The notes below the pieces were generated by a model. That model saw nothing but the letters and a program-made list of their open reading frames with translations. It ran no database searches and was not told where the DNA came from. This document shows, one piece after another, positions 22,010-34,029 of a stretch of DNA of 64,000 nt (positions within the stretch are counted from its first letter, which is position 1; every line of letters begins with the position of its first letter). Source of the DNA: Eledone cirrhosa (Eukaryota); contig OZ024741.1 in assembly GCA_964016885.1 (NCBI GenBank), positions 315,518,001 through 315,582,000 of the forward strand, read 5' to 3'. The translations under genes were made by a program, and so were the position numbers.

Positions 22010-22640
22010 TATACCTATGCTATTGTGATGGGTGCCTTGGGGTTCTACGCCTTTGAAGAGTAAATGCATCAAAATCATCAATAGCAACATCTAATGAGTA
22101 ATCAAGTATGATGATAAATAAACATTTTGCAAGATCACCTTCAAGTTCATATGCGACTACCTGAAAGGAGTTTCTCCTGCTACTTGTACTGTAGAGAGAT
22201 TGTTTTACTGCATGCTCCTAATTCCATCAACGAATTTGAGGGGCATACCAAAGGTAGGAGGATCTTCAACATACGTTCACAGTTAATACTATCAAAAGCT
22301 TTTCAAAAGTCTATAAGGGTTATTGCAGCTATTTTATAATGATTTCTGACTAGTTCGATTAGGCTACAGAGGGCTATAATCTGTGCTAATGTAGATCTAA
22401 ATGGCCTCTATCCATTTTGGTTGGATTTTTTACGATATCTGTTCAAGATAAGGCGATTTTAAATTTTGGCAGCCACCAGTGTCATACAAATTCTACGATA
22501 ATGTATGGTTTTCAAAGACCACCTTTCTTGGGAATAGGTACTATCGTAGAAACAACCCATTATTCTAGTCAGTTTCCGTTAAAGGTAATATATAATACTT
22601 GATATATATAATACTTGATATTTTTCCATCATATAGGTAC
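22010..22640 (-). pseudogene. Highly decayed non-LTR RT fragment
   Basis: The minus strand encodes IVPIPKKG and D.xKAFDS remnants. Confidence 0.55.
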
Positions 22641-22711
22641 AGAATCTAGTACGAATTTTTTCAGGGGGATCTGGAAAATCTTTCTGAAACTGGGTGATTT
22701 GATATGGAATA

Positions 22712-22757
<46 letters not shown>

Positions 22758-22825
22758 CAAGGTTTAGCAAATAATGAAAAAGTTTCAAAATAAATTTTAA
22801 AAAATTAACTTTACTTACTATAGTT

Positions 22826-22909
22826 ACCTTTACCGAATCGGTTTCGAATCTCAAAAATAAACGGTGACCATACGGCCTTCGTTGCAAAGAAAGATTCTCG
22901 TCAGAAGGT
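22826..22909 (-). ncRNA. Type I hammerhead ribozyme, canonical core
   Basis: Reverse complement of 23548-23631. Confidence 0.88.
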
Positions 22910-23547
22910 TCTTTTCATTCGAAGAATATAAAATTCTTGAATTTAAATTACGAACTAGCGCTATCCAAAACTGTTCCCGAGATGAGAGTAAATGAAGTGG
23001 AATCAATTTTTTCAAGGGCCGAAAGTAAAGATAGAGGCAGAGGTAGGTAGGTCAATCGGCCACCACTATCGCTAGCAGCAGTCGGAGCGACCAAATTTGT
23101 TCTCAACATAGAGGAGAATAGTAATAATAGGATATGTGTTCCTACACGCACAAGGTGCTAAGGGACACATGTATTGTCCAACCATATGCCAATGTGGTTC
23201 AATGGCAGGTTATTAAATTAACGAGCCAGAACATATATAATCAAGGTTTAGCAAATAATGAAAAAGTTTCAAAATAAATTTTAAAAAATTAACTTTACTT
23301 ACTATAGTTACCTTTACCGAATTATCCTATTATTACTATGCTCCTCTATGTTGAGAAAAAATTTGGTCGTTCCGACTGCTGCTAGCGATAGTGGTAGCCG
23401 ATTGACCTACCTACCTCTGCCTCTATCTTTACTTTCGGCCCTTGAAAAAATTGATTCCACTTCATTTACTCTCATCTCAGGAACAGTTTTGGATAGCGCT
23501 AGTTCGTAATTTAAATTCAAGAATTTTATATTCTTCGAATGAAAAGA

Positions 23548-23631
23548 ACCTTCTGACGAGAATCTTTCTTTGCAACGAAGGCCGTATGGTCACCGTTTAT
23601 TTTTGAGATTCGAAACCGATTCGGTAAAGGT
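23548..23631 (+). ncRNA. Type I hammerhead ribozyme, canonical core
   Basis: Stem I ACCTT/AAGGT; CTGACGA; stem II GAATCT/AGATTC with a long insert; GAA; stem III ACCGA/TCGGT; GUA triplet. Confidence 0.9.
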
Positions 23632-23811
23632 AACTATAGTAAGTAAAGTTAATTTTTATAAAATTTATTTTGAAACTTTTTCATTATTTGCTAAACCTTG
23701 ATTATATATGTTCTGGCTCGTTAATTTATTAACCTGCCATTGAACCACATTGGCATATAGTTGGACAATACTGTGTCCCTTAGCGCCTTGTGCGTGTAGG
23801 AACACATATCC

Positions 23812-23848
<37 letters not shown>

Positions 23849-23873
23849 TATACATATATACATATATTAGGTA

Positions 23874-23942
<69 letters not shown>

Positions 23943-23950
23943 TATATATA

Positions 23951-24726
23951 TAATAAGTTGACGGACCCAGCATAGGTACCAATGTTAGGACCGATTGCAT
24001 CTCAGCGTACTCAAAGGGTAATGTTAAATACACTCCCAGAGTATACACATAGTTATTCGCTTCAATACAACACACGTAAACGGGTGCCTATAGTAGTTCC
24101 CGAATTCGAGTTTCTGCCACATTTATGCAGCAGCAGAGTGCACAGCATCTTCTGTCCGCATATATTATGCAACAATGCATAATTGGCGCATGTGGCTTTA
24201 TCAGCGGGTTTCGCCTAATCAATAACCAATCGATCGACAGAATGGCAGGAGATTAGAAATCAAATAGTTCTGCTCCCGTCATAAGCTCTCAGCCAACTTG
24301 TCTAAATCAATAAGTTAGTGAAAAAATAGGGTATCAGAAAAAGCAGTCTCACATCGCTGTATAATAGAATGGTAGCATTCGGCTCTAGTCTCCAAGTCCC
24401 ATGGCGAGAAAATCGCGATAGTAACAGTGGTAGTGCATACAACCTTTCTGGACATTAAATGCCAACAGCTATTACACAGCGATATAGAGTAGAGCGCTGG
24501 TTAGCGACCAACCACGTGCGTAAACCAGTCTATTTCAAAACTTACACAATCTGCTAGTTGGGAGACAATAATAATAATAACTTGACGGACTCAGCATAGG
24601 TATCAATGCTAGGACTGGCTGCACCTCAGCGTACTCAATAGGTAATGTTAAATATACTCCCAGAGTATACACATAGTTATTCGCTTCAATACAACACACG
24701 TAAACGGGTATCTATAGTAGTTCCCA
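23951..24726 (-). mobile_element. Non-coding element with about 150-bp terminal direct repeats (624-bp period) and a degenerate HHR-like motif
   Basis: ttgacggac..cagcatagg...tatagtagttccc at 23958 and 24582. Minus strand AGTTGG-CTGAGA-GCTTA...TAGGC-GAAA...CCAATT at about 24181-24298. Confidence 0.55.
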
Positions 24727-24749
24727 GAGAGAGAGAGAGAACAGCAAAG

Positions 24750-24943
24750 AGGGTGTCGTAAGATACCAAGTGGACCATAACGCACCAAAGTACTCAATAC
24801 TTAAGGTAGTAGAGTGGGTTATAGGAAAAGAGTCAGGACCCCGACGGCTGAGCTTCGGCCGTTTAGATAGCTAGATCCGAACTTCTAGCTGTCGAAACGA
24901 CCTGAGCTTACCGGAACTTAGCTGTCGACTCCTGACTCTTTTC
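24750..24943. mobile_element. Mini foldback derivative of the Hydra-like PLE pLTR
   Basis: gtggaccataacgcaccaaagtactcaatactt...ccccgacggctgagc followed by an inverted copy. Same design as 2626-2810. Confidence 0.7.
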
Positions 24944-25067
<124 letters not shown>

Positions 25068-25097
25068 GTGTATGTGTTTGTGTGTGTGTGTGTGTGT

Positions 25098-25545
25098 AAA
25101 TATTAGCTTCTACAGAATTGTATACATGCAAGTATATGATATAGGGTATGTTTAATAATTAAACATTTTGAAAACCGTCCAGCTATGAATATTTAAAGGC
25201 TCACGGCTAGCGCCGTCTAGCGGATTCCATCAGAACCAGGGGGGTACAGCTGTCTATGTACATTTCAGGCTCTGGCTGTCATCAGGACAGTGTTTAACCT
25301 GCTCTCTTCTGGAACTTAAAACAGGCGAAATTACATAGTATTTTCGCTTGTGTAGATGCGCTGGTTAGCCTCATTTGCATACCGAGCCGTATGAGCTGAC
25401 ACGACTTAAAAGTAGAATTAAAATATTAGCTCCGACATAGCTGTATACATACAACTATATGAATTTCCTATATCTAATGAAATACGGTATGTTTAATAAA
25501 TAAACATTTGGAAAGCCCTCCAGCTATGAATATTGAAAACCTTTC
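25098..25545 (-). mobile_element. Retrozyme-like element, 323-341-nt permuted unit
   Basis: Terminal direct repeat (aaatattagct...ggtatgtttaataa...tccagctatgaatatt) at 25098 and 25421; internal HHR; related sequence at 63630-63900. Confidence 0.7.
25250..25290 (-). ncRNA. Minimal type I hammerhead ribozyme with a weakened stem II
   Basis: CTGTC-CTGATGA-cagccagagcct-GAA-ATGTACAT-A-GACAG; palindromic stem III. Confidence 0.7.
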
Positions 25546-25595
25546 TATATATATATATTAAAATAAATAAAATAGATGTTCTTTTGATCAATTAC

Positions 25596-25648
25596 ATTTT
25601 ATTATACATATTTCGGATGTACAACAGTACGTCCTCATCAGACAAAAT
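25596..25648 (-). ncRNA. Minimal type I hammerhead ribozyme
   Basis: ATTTTGT-CTGATGA-GGACGTACTGTTGTACATCC-GAA-ATATGTAT-A-ATAAAAT. Confidence 0.75.
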
Positions 25649-27901
25649 ATAATGATATATGACATACCCTGAGATGTTAAATGGTTAAGATTTAATCAAG
25701 GTAGTGATTAACCCAAGAGAAAATTTTACATATATAGCCTAATTGTGAGAAAATGCGAAAACGTAATAAATTCATTAGAGAATGTGTAAGTAAGAAAAAC
25801 GTTGCTTACTGTAACTGTAGAAAATGGTACTGTAGACAATGGTACCAAAATAGTTACTTTCCTTGACGTTACCTTTAACTTAAACACCAGCTTTTCATAA
25901 GCCTAATGAAAACTTAAATTATGTTAGTAACTATTCAAATCACCCTAGGTCTGTAAAAAAAACTATAGTAAATAGTGTGCAAAAACGTATTAATAAAATA
26001 TCAGCTAATAAAGATATATTTGATAAAAACGCTGAATACTACAACAACGCGTTAAAAAGAGCAGGATATATGAATAATATAGAATATGTAGATAATAATA
26101 GTCCAAGTATTATTCCTAATAATAATAATAAAAATAGTAACATATATAAGAGAAACTCTAATAATTTTAATTCAAACACCCCTACGCTAAATAAATCGAG
26201 AATGCGAACTAGATCTAAACCAGTCATATGGTTTGCCCCCCCCCCCCCCCCTGCTTCGGTCGCAGTTAAAACACCAATTGAAAATTATTCTTTAAAGCAC
26301 TTGACACCTCTTTCCATACTCAACATAAATACCATTCCATTTTTAATAGACATACCATTAAATTCTCACATTCTACAACCAGTAACATGGCCAAAACATT
26401 GCCAAATTAAACACTAAAATCCTAAAACCAAACCACCATAATGATCCTAATAATAGAGTTAACATAAATGATGCTAAACCAAAATGTAATTGTAGAAATA
26501 AAACTAATTGCCCTTTGCAAAATAATTGTTTAGATAGTAAATTAGTTTATAAATGCACCTTAAAAACTGATCACAAAACATACAACTTCATAGGTTCGAC
26601 CTCTTCCACATTCAAAGCCCGTTTTGCGAACCATAAATGCTCATTCTCGAACTCTAAGAAGAAATCATCCACGTCTTTATCACAGCTCATATGGTCATTA
26701 AAAGAGAAGAATTTAAAATACTCCATTCTTTGGACAAAACTTCGGAACTGTGGAATTTACCGCAACTCTAGTATATCAAATAACTGCCCGCTCTGTACAA
26801 TTATTAATAACTATGAGACCCTAATTAACAAAAAAAAAGTGAATTATCTCCCTATATCTTCCTATACACAATTTTTACTTAACTTCTAAATTTCTTGATT
26901 ACGTACACTCTGAACTAAGAATAAATAATGCATTTACACCCCGTTATATATAGGTGTTTATTTAGCCGTAACATGCCTCAATTTATTTTTATTTTTCGTT
27001 ATCATTTACCTAAAATATACTGGATCAATAATATATATCTATATACATAATCGTTATTAAAATATTTCTAACAATAAATACTTCGGAAGCTTTACATACC
27101 TAATATGTTGATATTTTGGTTAAAGAATAATTAATACATTTACACCCAGCTATACATAGGTGTATATTTAACCTTAACATGCCTCAATCTATTATCTTAT
27201 TTTATTTTTATCTTCGTCGTTATTATTTACCTAAAATATACTGGCTCATTAATATATACCTATATACATAATCGTTATTTAAATATTTATAACAATAAGT
27301 AATTCAAAAACTTTACATACCTAATATGTTGGTATCTTTGTTAAAGTTTAAATTTGGGTAAATAATCAACAGTATAATATTTCATTCTTTATGTGCCAGC
27401 TAAATCCTTGTAATGTTACCCTCACAAAATTCAGAAGCTTAGAAATGATAACACACTTAATGAATTTATAAAAGTAATATATAAATAACCAGCAAATAAT
27501 CCTGAAATCTGGAGTCTTCACCCTAATATTATAAATTATAAATTAAATATTTTCAAATTTAACCGTTTAACTTTCGGAAAAAAAATCATTCTGTATATAT
27601 CACCCCCCACCCCACCCACCACCACCCACCCTTTATCTTTCCCTCTTTATAAATCATTTTCCAGTGGCTATCACTGGCTGTTATGATTCATGAGGTGTTT
27701 TCCTAGACATATCGTAGTAGCATACATTTTAAAATTTTAGAACAGTTACAGTACGCAACGTTTTTCTTACTCTAATGAATTTATTACGTTTTCGCATTTT
27801 CTCATAATTAGGCAATATATATAAAATTTTCTCTTGGGTTTATCACTACCTTGATTAAATCTTAACCATTTAACATCTCAGGGTATGTCATATATCATTA
27901 T

Positions 27902-27946
27902 ATTTTGTCTGATGAGGACGTACATCCGAAATATGTATAATAAAAT
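27902..27946 (+). ncRNA. Minimal type I hammerhead ribozyme
   Basis: ATTTTGT-CTGATGA-GGACGTACATCC-GAA-ATATGTAT-A-ATAAAAT. Confidence 0.75.
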
Positions 27947-28008
27947 GTAATTGATCAAAAGAACATCTATTTTATAAATATTTATATTTTATTATATATA
28001 TATATATA

Positions 28009-28240
28009 TGGAATGTAGAAAAGTGACACACGAGTTGATATATATAAACAAATAGCAAAAAGGAAAAAATACAGTAGAAAATGCTGAAGGGATTTTTTCA
28101 GTATAATATCATAACATCTATTTCTAAAGTGGGTATTTCCGCATTTAATCGTGGTACCGGTTTCAGCATTATATGCTTTTGCAACGGCGGAAGTGCAAAG
28201 TGCAGTTAAATTGCATATTTATAAGAATAATAATAAAATG
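28009..28240 (-). mobile_element. pLTR/tail fragment related to the Neptune-like family
   Basis: The tail atgtagaaaagtgacacacgagtt resembles 4456-4479. Minus strand GCAT-ATA-ATGC-T-GAAACCGGTA, HHR-like, at about 28150-28190. Confidence 0.55.
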
Positions 28241-28385
28241 GAGAAGAAAAATTATTAGTTTTTACATACATATTTAAAGAGGAAAGTTCATGTTTCTGTC
28301 CGAGACTATCCTTCGTTCTCTGCTAGTTGACCAACAGAGGTGGTAGTAGTTTAAATTGTTGGTTCTGCCAATGGCTATCGACAAC

Positions 28386-28532
28386 CACCTGATCACCTAT
28401 AGATTTGGTGAGCAGGCTAGTGAGATAGATTTTATCCTTACCAGAGCATGAGATAGAGTGACGGTTGTAAACACAAAAGCCTTCCCTTGTGAGGAATGCA
28501 CCTCCCATCATAATATAGTAGTCAGCGATCTC
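28386..28532 (+). pseudogene. RTE-type APE endonuclease fragment
   Basis: Translates as HLITYRFGEQASEIDFILTRA*DRVTVVNTKAFPCEECTSHHNIVVSDL. Confidence 0.75.
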
Positions 28533-28777
28533 ATTGTCGGAGCTAGACGAACTTGGTAACAGAAGGTAATAAGCATATGCTTGCCGGGCATGCAAAAGAA
28601 ATACATGTTTTTTGCCTGCAGCATATCACATAAATGAATATTTCATCTGAAGGAACCGTTCCCATACCAGTAAGAAATGTAAATGCTACATCTTGGATTA
28701 GATAAGGGAACCATTGAAATTATTCTAATGAATAAAGGCTTTATGTAATCACAGCATCTTAATATTATTCTTATGCT

Positions 28778-29365
28778 CCTCGCCGACGGCCTACGCGCCC
28801 TCCGGCACTACCTCGACATTCCTCCTTCCCCGTCCCCTCCACCCCACTCTCTTCCGCCTCGCCGAGCTGGTCTTCACCCTTTACTGTTTTGCCTTCTCAG
28901 ATGAATTTTACCAACAGATCATTGGGGTAGCTATGGGCACAAGAATGGGCCCCAACTGTGCCAACCTTTTCGTCGACCATGTTGAGGCCCAAATCTTTGC
29001 CAAATACACCGGTCCCACGCCAGAACTGTACAGTCGTTATATTGACGACTGTCTCGGGGCCACGACCCTTACCTGAGAACAGTTTGACTCCTTTCTCTCC
29101 TTCTTCTACTCCTTCCACCCATCCCTCGACTTCACCACCTCTATCTTCACCACCCACGTCATCACCATCGACCCCTCCCGCCGATCCCTCATTACCTCTG
29201 CTTTCTTTAAACCCACCGACTCCCACTCCTACCTCGACTTCACCTCCTCCCACCCTACACACACGAAACACTCCAATCCTTACTCCCAACTCCTCCGAAT
29301 CCGCCACCTTTGCAGCTGAGATGCTGACTTCGAGACCCAGGCTCGTTCTCTGGTCCGCCATTTCA
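28778..29365 (+). pseudogene. PLE (Neptune-like) RT core fragment
   Basis: LRLAELVFT..FYQQIIGVAMGTRMGPNCANLF..YSRYIDDC..FKPTDSHSYL..SSHP. Confidence 0.85.
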
Positions 29366-30205
29366 CACTTTTAACTATCGAGTTAATTATGCTCCTATGG
29401 TGGTTGAAGTGTCTGTTGACATATTTCAGGTTTTCGTTGGGTTTATGGTATGGGCGGTAGAGACCTGTGTCTAATTCCAACGTGACGTCTAAGAAGTTTA
29501 CTGTCCTACCGTTGGCTTCTATTTCTACCGCTAAGCCTTGGGTCTTGAAGATATATCTAAGTCGTTTGTGTCGTCTATCTAATTAGCTATTTTTGAGTCG
29601 TCCCGATACAAGCCTCCGCCCATGCTCGGGATCTCGTCCGTTATTATATTTAGGAGGTATAAGCCGACGACGTTCGTAACCTGTGCGGAGTCACTCGACC
29701 CCATAGTAATGTCGAAGCTATCTGGTCTATTTTGTCGTTCCCATAATTTACTGTCAAATTCTAGTAAAGTTTTCCTAGCTACTAGTATGATGTTGACCTC
29801 ATTTCTAGTGAGACTTGATCTGTTCATGGCTGAGATCAATGCCTTGTTTACGATGACCGGGGATATAGAGGCGTAGTAGTTCGCAATGTCCAATTGGACA
29901 AATCGTACATTCGACTTGGTTTCAATGCCGAAGAACCAGTCGATTACCTCTTTTGTACAGGACCAGCGGCTGAGTTTTGTCCTATTCCTTAGTTCCGGTA
30001 TTACCGGTCAATGATAGATTTGTTTAGTCTACCTAGGTCTGATTTAGAGAGAGCTATGTGTCTGAACGGTAGTTTGCACTGAAAGTCCGGTTTTTTATCC
30101 TTAATTGATATCCTCGGTGTGTTAGGGTTGTAGGGGTGCATCCTGTCGTCTATGCTCAGTTCCGTCATTATCGTATTTGCCAGTTTGTTTATGTGTGCTA
30201 GGTTG
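29366..30205 (-). pseudogene. Hydra-like PLE RT fragment
   Basis: DIANYYASI, FDITMGSSDSAQV, GLYRDD, NFLDVTL, YRPYHKPN. Confidence 0.85.
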
Positions 30206-30240
30206 TCCTTATTTCATTTCACTATATATATATATATATA

Positions 30241-30819
30241 TATTGTTATACTTTGGGAGGGTCATGTTGCCAATAAGAAACGCACGCACCAGTTGCTTTC
30301 ACTTCAATTTAATTTATTATATATTTATAAATTTACAAATTTATAAATTTCTGGTTGGTTGGTTGGTTCCACAACCAGATAGTTGTTTATATATATATAT
30401 ATAGTCATAGTTCTTTCGTCACACACTCTGTGACCTCTTCAGTGACTGGGGATTTCTTTCTTCGTTTCTGTGCCTTTCCTTTCTTCTATCCTACGCCATT
30501 TTGTTTTCTAGCGTAGGATAGAAGAAAGGAAAGGCACAGAAACGAAGAAAGAAATCCCCAGTCACTGAAGAGGTCACAGAGTGTGTGACGAAAGAACTAT
30601 GACTATATATATATAAACAACTATCTGGTTGTGGAACCAACCAACCAACCAGAAATTTATAAATTTGTAAATTTATAAATATATAATAAATTAAATTGAA
30701 GTGAAAGCAACTGGTGCGTGTGTTTCTTATTGGCAACATGACCCTCCCAAAGTATAACAATATCGGTTTCAACACACGATTTCAGATAAAGAATCTTGCT
30801 AAATAAATTCAGAAACGAA

Positions 30820-30820
<1 letters not shown>
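30241..30820. repeat. About 520-bp palindrome of a pLTR-like sequence, centred at about 30503
   Basis: 30241-30496 is the reverse complement of 30510-30762. Related sequence (tattgttatacttggggagggtcat ... tacgccatttt) at 36185-36512. Confidence 0.92.
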
Positions 30821-30850
<30 letters not shown>

Positions 30851-31275
30851 ATATAGAAATGACTTCTACAGGGCTAGAACTGTTTAATTCGGGAGAAATC
30901 ATCAGGAGCCGAGGGTGGTGATTGGATGGGGAGGGTGGTGATTGGAATGCGTGGAGGTCATTGGATTCAAAGAAAAGGGAATTCTTTAAAAACTATATTT
31001 AGAGTGAAAAGGCAGAAAAAATTCTATAGACAGGTTCACACTGGAGGTGCCCCTTCTGATTTTTAAGGGTCACTTAAGCTAACAATAGCTAATGGTCAGG
31101 TGCCTACAAACACACTCACACACACACACATGCACTCACTCCCCCACACTCGCACAAACACACACTCATATACTTATATATATACACGAATACATACATA
31201 TATATATACACACATTCACACATTATTTATAAATCGGAGGTAACCACAGTAAGTAAGGTATTCAATACATAGCAG

Positions 31276-31376
<101 letters not shown>

Positions 31377-31520
31377 TATATATATATACACATATATACA
31401 TATATATATATGCACACACACATATATATATATATACATATATACACATAATACACACATACATACACACACACACGCATTTATATACATACATACACAT
31501 ACATACATATACACACACAT

Positions 31521-31589
<69 letters not shown>

Positions 31590-31681
31590 CAGAAGGGATA
31601 TTCAATTTGTTGGTAATTCAACAAATATAAATGTTTATAACTGATTCAGAGCACTCAACAAGATTTTCAGGAGCATAATAT

Positions 31682-31888
31682 ACAATGATATTAAATAAAT
31701 GGAAACTATATCTATAAAACCATATTTATTCTATTATATATATTTCAAAGGTATCATAATTTGGGTACGCTTTATAAAACACACTTCGTATTTTATCTGA
31801 TGATAACGTACCAAAATGTTGGTACCTTTGAAATATATATAATAGAATAAATATGGTTTTATAGATATAGTTTCCTTTTATTTAATAT

Positions 31889-31893
<5 letters not shown>
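31682..31893. repeat. About 88-bp inverted repeat pair in (TA)n, with CTGATGA in the spacer
   Basis: 31682-31769 versus 31807-31893. Confidence 0.8.
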
Positions 31894-31944
<51 letters not shown>

Positions 31945-31947
<3 letters not shown>

Positions 31948-32340
31948 CACCCAATCAGACAACACTCACCTCCTATGTCTGGGACCTCAAGAAGAACTTT
32001 CACGCTCAAATGGAAATTACTCCAGAATGCGCGCTCATATATGGGAGTACACAAGTGTTGTGTCCTTTGTATTTCAGAGAGCTACGGAATACTATTTGCC
32101 AAAGGCGCGACACTGAACAAACTCTCTGAACACTGCCCGAATTGCACGCACAAAAGCTTTGCAACTTACAAATATCTTCAGCCAGTGTTGAAGCCAGATG
32201 GATAATTTACAAAAAACGCTACTCGACAAAATATCCTCTCCCCCTCAATCCCACCCTGCCCCTACCCTTAACCCAAGCCCCCATCTCGACGCGCCTCACG
32301 GTACTATGGTTATGTAACTACTTCTTACCTACTTGTCTTT
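31945..32340 (+). pseudogene. Hydra-like PLE endonuclease C-terminal fragment
   Basis: FTLKWKLLQNARSY...CVLCISE..I...LNK.SE...CTH. Confidence 0.7.
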
Positions 32341-32590
32341 TCTACCTGTATAATGTACTTGAATTGCGCCTGTATCTGTGTATATATGTGTGTATGTATG
32401 TGTATGTGAGTGTATATATACATGCATATATATATATATATGTGTGTACCCGTGTGTGTGTGCATGTGCGCGCGTGTGTGTATATATATATATGTATATG
32501 TTTATGTATATATATGTATGTGTGTATGTATCTATATGTATGTATTTGTATGTATATTTATGTATATATGTGTGTGTGTGTGTCTGTGTG

Positions 32591-32641
<51 letters not shown>

Positions 32642-32851
32642 GTAATAATAAATGTAAAGACTAAAACCCGAATACATTTAATATATACATATATATACGT
32701 ATATATGTGTATGTATGTATGAATATGTTTGCATGTGTATGTGTATATATTGTGCATGTATGTATATGTGTGTGTATATGTATGTATATGTGTGTGTATA
32801 TGTATGTATATGTGTGTGTGTATGTGTATATATATCTATGTGTGCGTGTCG

Positions 32852-32901
<50 letters not shown>

Positions 32902-32910
32902 GTGTGTCTG

Positions 32911-32942
<32 letters not shown>

Positions 32943-33053
32943 ATGTAATCTGAGTTTCGATTCGTTTGCAATTATGCAAACAACCCTCAATTTTATAGCC
33001 ATGTCAGTAAAATTAACACTTCATTCTTGCTCTTGTGTTGGCATGCGAACAGA

Positions 33054-33099
33054 ACTGCAGACACTAATGTTTCTGGGTATCACCCTTCATCAGTACAGC
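33054..33099 (-). ncRNA. Type I hammerhead ribozyme
   Basis: GCTGTA-CTGATGA-aGGGTgatACCCa-GAA-ACATtaGTGT-C-TGCAGT; GUC triplet. Confidence 0.82.
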
Positions 33100-33164
33100 T
33101 CACTGTTCACCTGCCAAACTGTCAGAGCTAGTGAAAATATATGCTATTTTCAAAAATACACAGT

Positions 33165-33270
33165 GACTGATTGGCCTGATTTGCATATTAGCAGACTGGC
33201 TGAACAGTCAGATCTGCATATTAACAGATCCACTGAGCAGCCAGATTTGCATATCAGCAGTCTGGCCAGT
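33165..33270 (-). promoter_or_regulatory. Three about 33-bp repeats with octamer (ATGCAAAT) motifs plus a CCAAT box
   Basis: atttgcat at 33179 and about 33245, atctgcat at about 33212; on the minus strand ATGCAAATcaggCCAATcag. Function is inferred only. Confidence 0.4.
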
Positions 33271-33380
33271 CAGTTTCCTGTATACGAGCGATAAATGGCC
33301 GGCTTTGCCAAATTCAAATAAAAAAGAAAATTTCGCTCTACATGGCTGAATACAATATAGGTAATCTGAGTTTTTCGATT

Positions 33381-33494
33381 ATGTGTAGGGGTGGTGGTGG
33401 ATGGAGGGGGTCGAGAGAGGAGAGGGAGGCGGGGGGTCCAAGCGGGGAGGGCTGAAGGTGGTGTTTGTGTATGGGTGTAGGTGTAGGTGTACGT

Positions 33495-33573
<79 letters not shown>

Positions 33574-33775
33574 TGAGAGTTGCGGGAAGAACGAGGTTCC
33601 ATGTTCAGGTAAAAGAGAAACCGGTGTGTATATGTGGTGGGGTGTAAGTCGGTGTGTGCGTGCGTGGGGATGGAGAGGTGTGGAGTCCGGAGGCTGAGTG
33701 TGTGTATGTGGGGATACGCACGTGTGTGTTTGTGTTTATATGTGGTGTGGATGTAGGTGGCGTGGTTCGAAAATA
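33381..33775 (-). mobile_element. Inverted copy of the PLE 3' region found at about 35540-35870
   Basis: Reverse-complement similarity (cttcagccct..ccgct..ggacacccc; cctgaacatg; tcagcctccgga). Confidence 0.7.
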
Positions 33776-33807
<32 letters not shown>

Positions 33808-33834
33808 CTGTGTGTATATATATATATATATAGT

Positions 33835-34010
33835 AATAATAATAAAATTGAAGACTAAAATCCAAACAGGGCTCGATAAGGAAAATATATATCAAATATA
33901 TAAGAACCGTAGAGCAAATATTTATTAAAATAACAGATTAAAGTTTAAGCAAAGAATCGCTGCTTTCACCCTTAACGGGATCTTCTGAAACTAACAAAAT
34001 CAATCTGTAA
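33835..34010 (-). mobile_element. Solo pLTR end of the 53165-55415 PLE family, with HHR at 33942-33992
   Basis: Reverse complement of about 55245-55412. Confidence 0.85.
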
Positions 34011-34029
34011 ATATATATATATATATGAT

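Larger units (their letters stand above)
22752..23816. mobile_element. Retrozyme-like non-coding element with a 484-nt circularly permuted unit; two inverted copies
   Basis: The minus copy 22752-23321 repeats its start after 484 bp (tcaagg at 22757/23241). The plus copy 23322-23816 does likewise (cctat at 23326/23810). Each contains a canonical HHR; no homologous ORF; (TA)n flanks. Confidence 0.85.
25558..27990 (+). mobile_element. Decayed Hydra-like PLE with an inverted 5' pLTR
   Basis: FLDVTFNL, SNHP, WFAPP, CNC...CPLQNNC, LVYKC..FIGST..FKARFANH, CPLC. Inverted repeat 25558-25815 / about 27745-27975; about 210-bp tandem duplication 26920-27345. Confidence 0.88.
32938..33380 (-). mobile_element. 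Retrozyme-like element, about 416-nt permuted unit, with HHR and an octamer cluster
   Basis: gtaatctgagttt recurs at 32945 and 33361. HHR at 33054-33099. A second, inverted and partial copy lies at 34638-35283. Confidence 0.78.
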
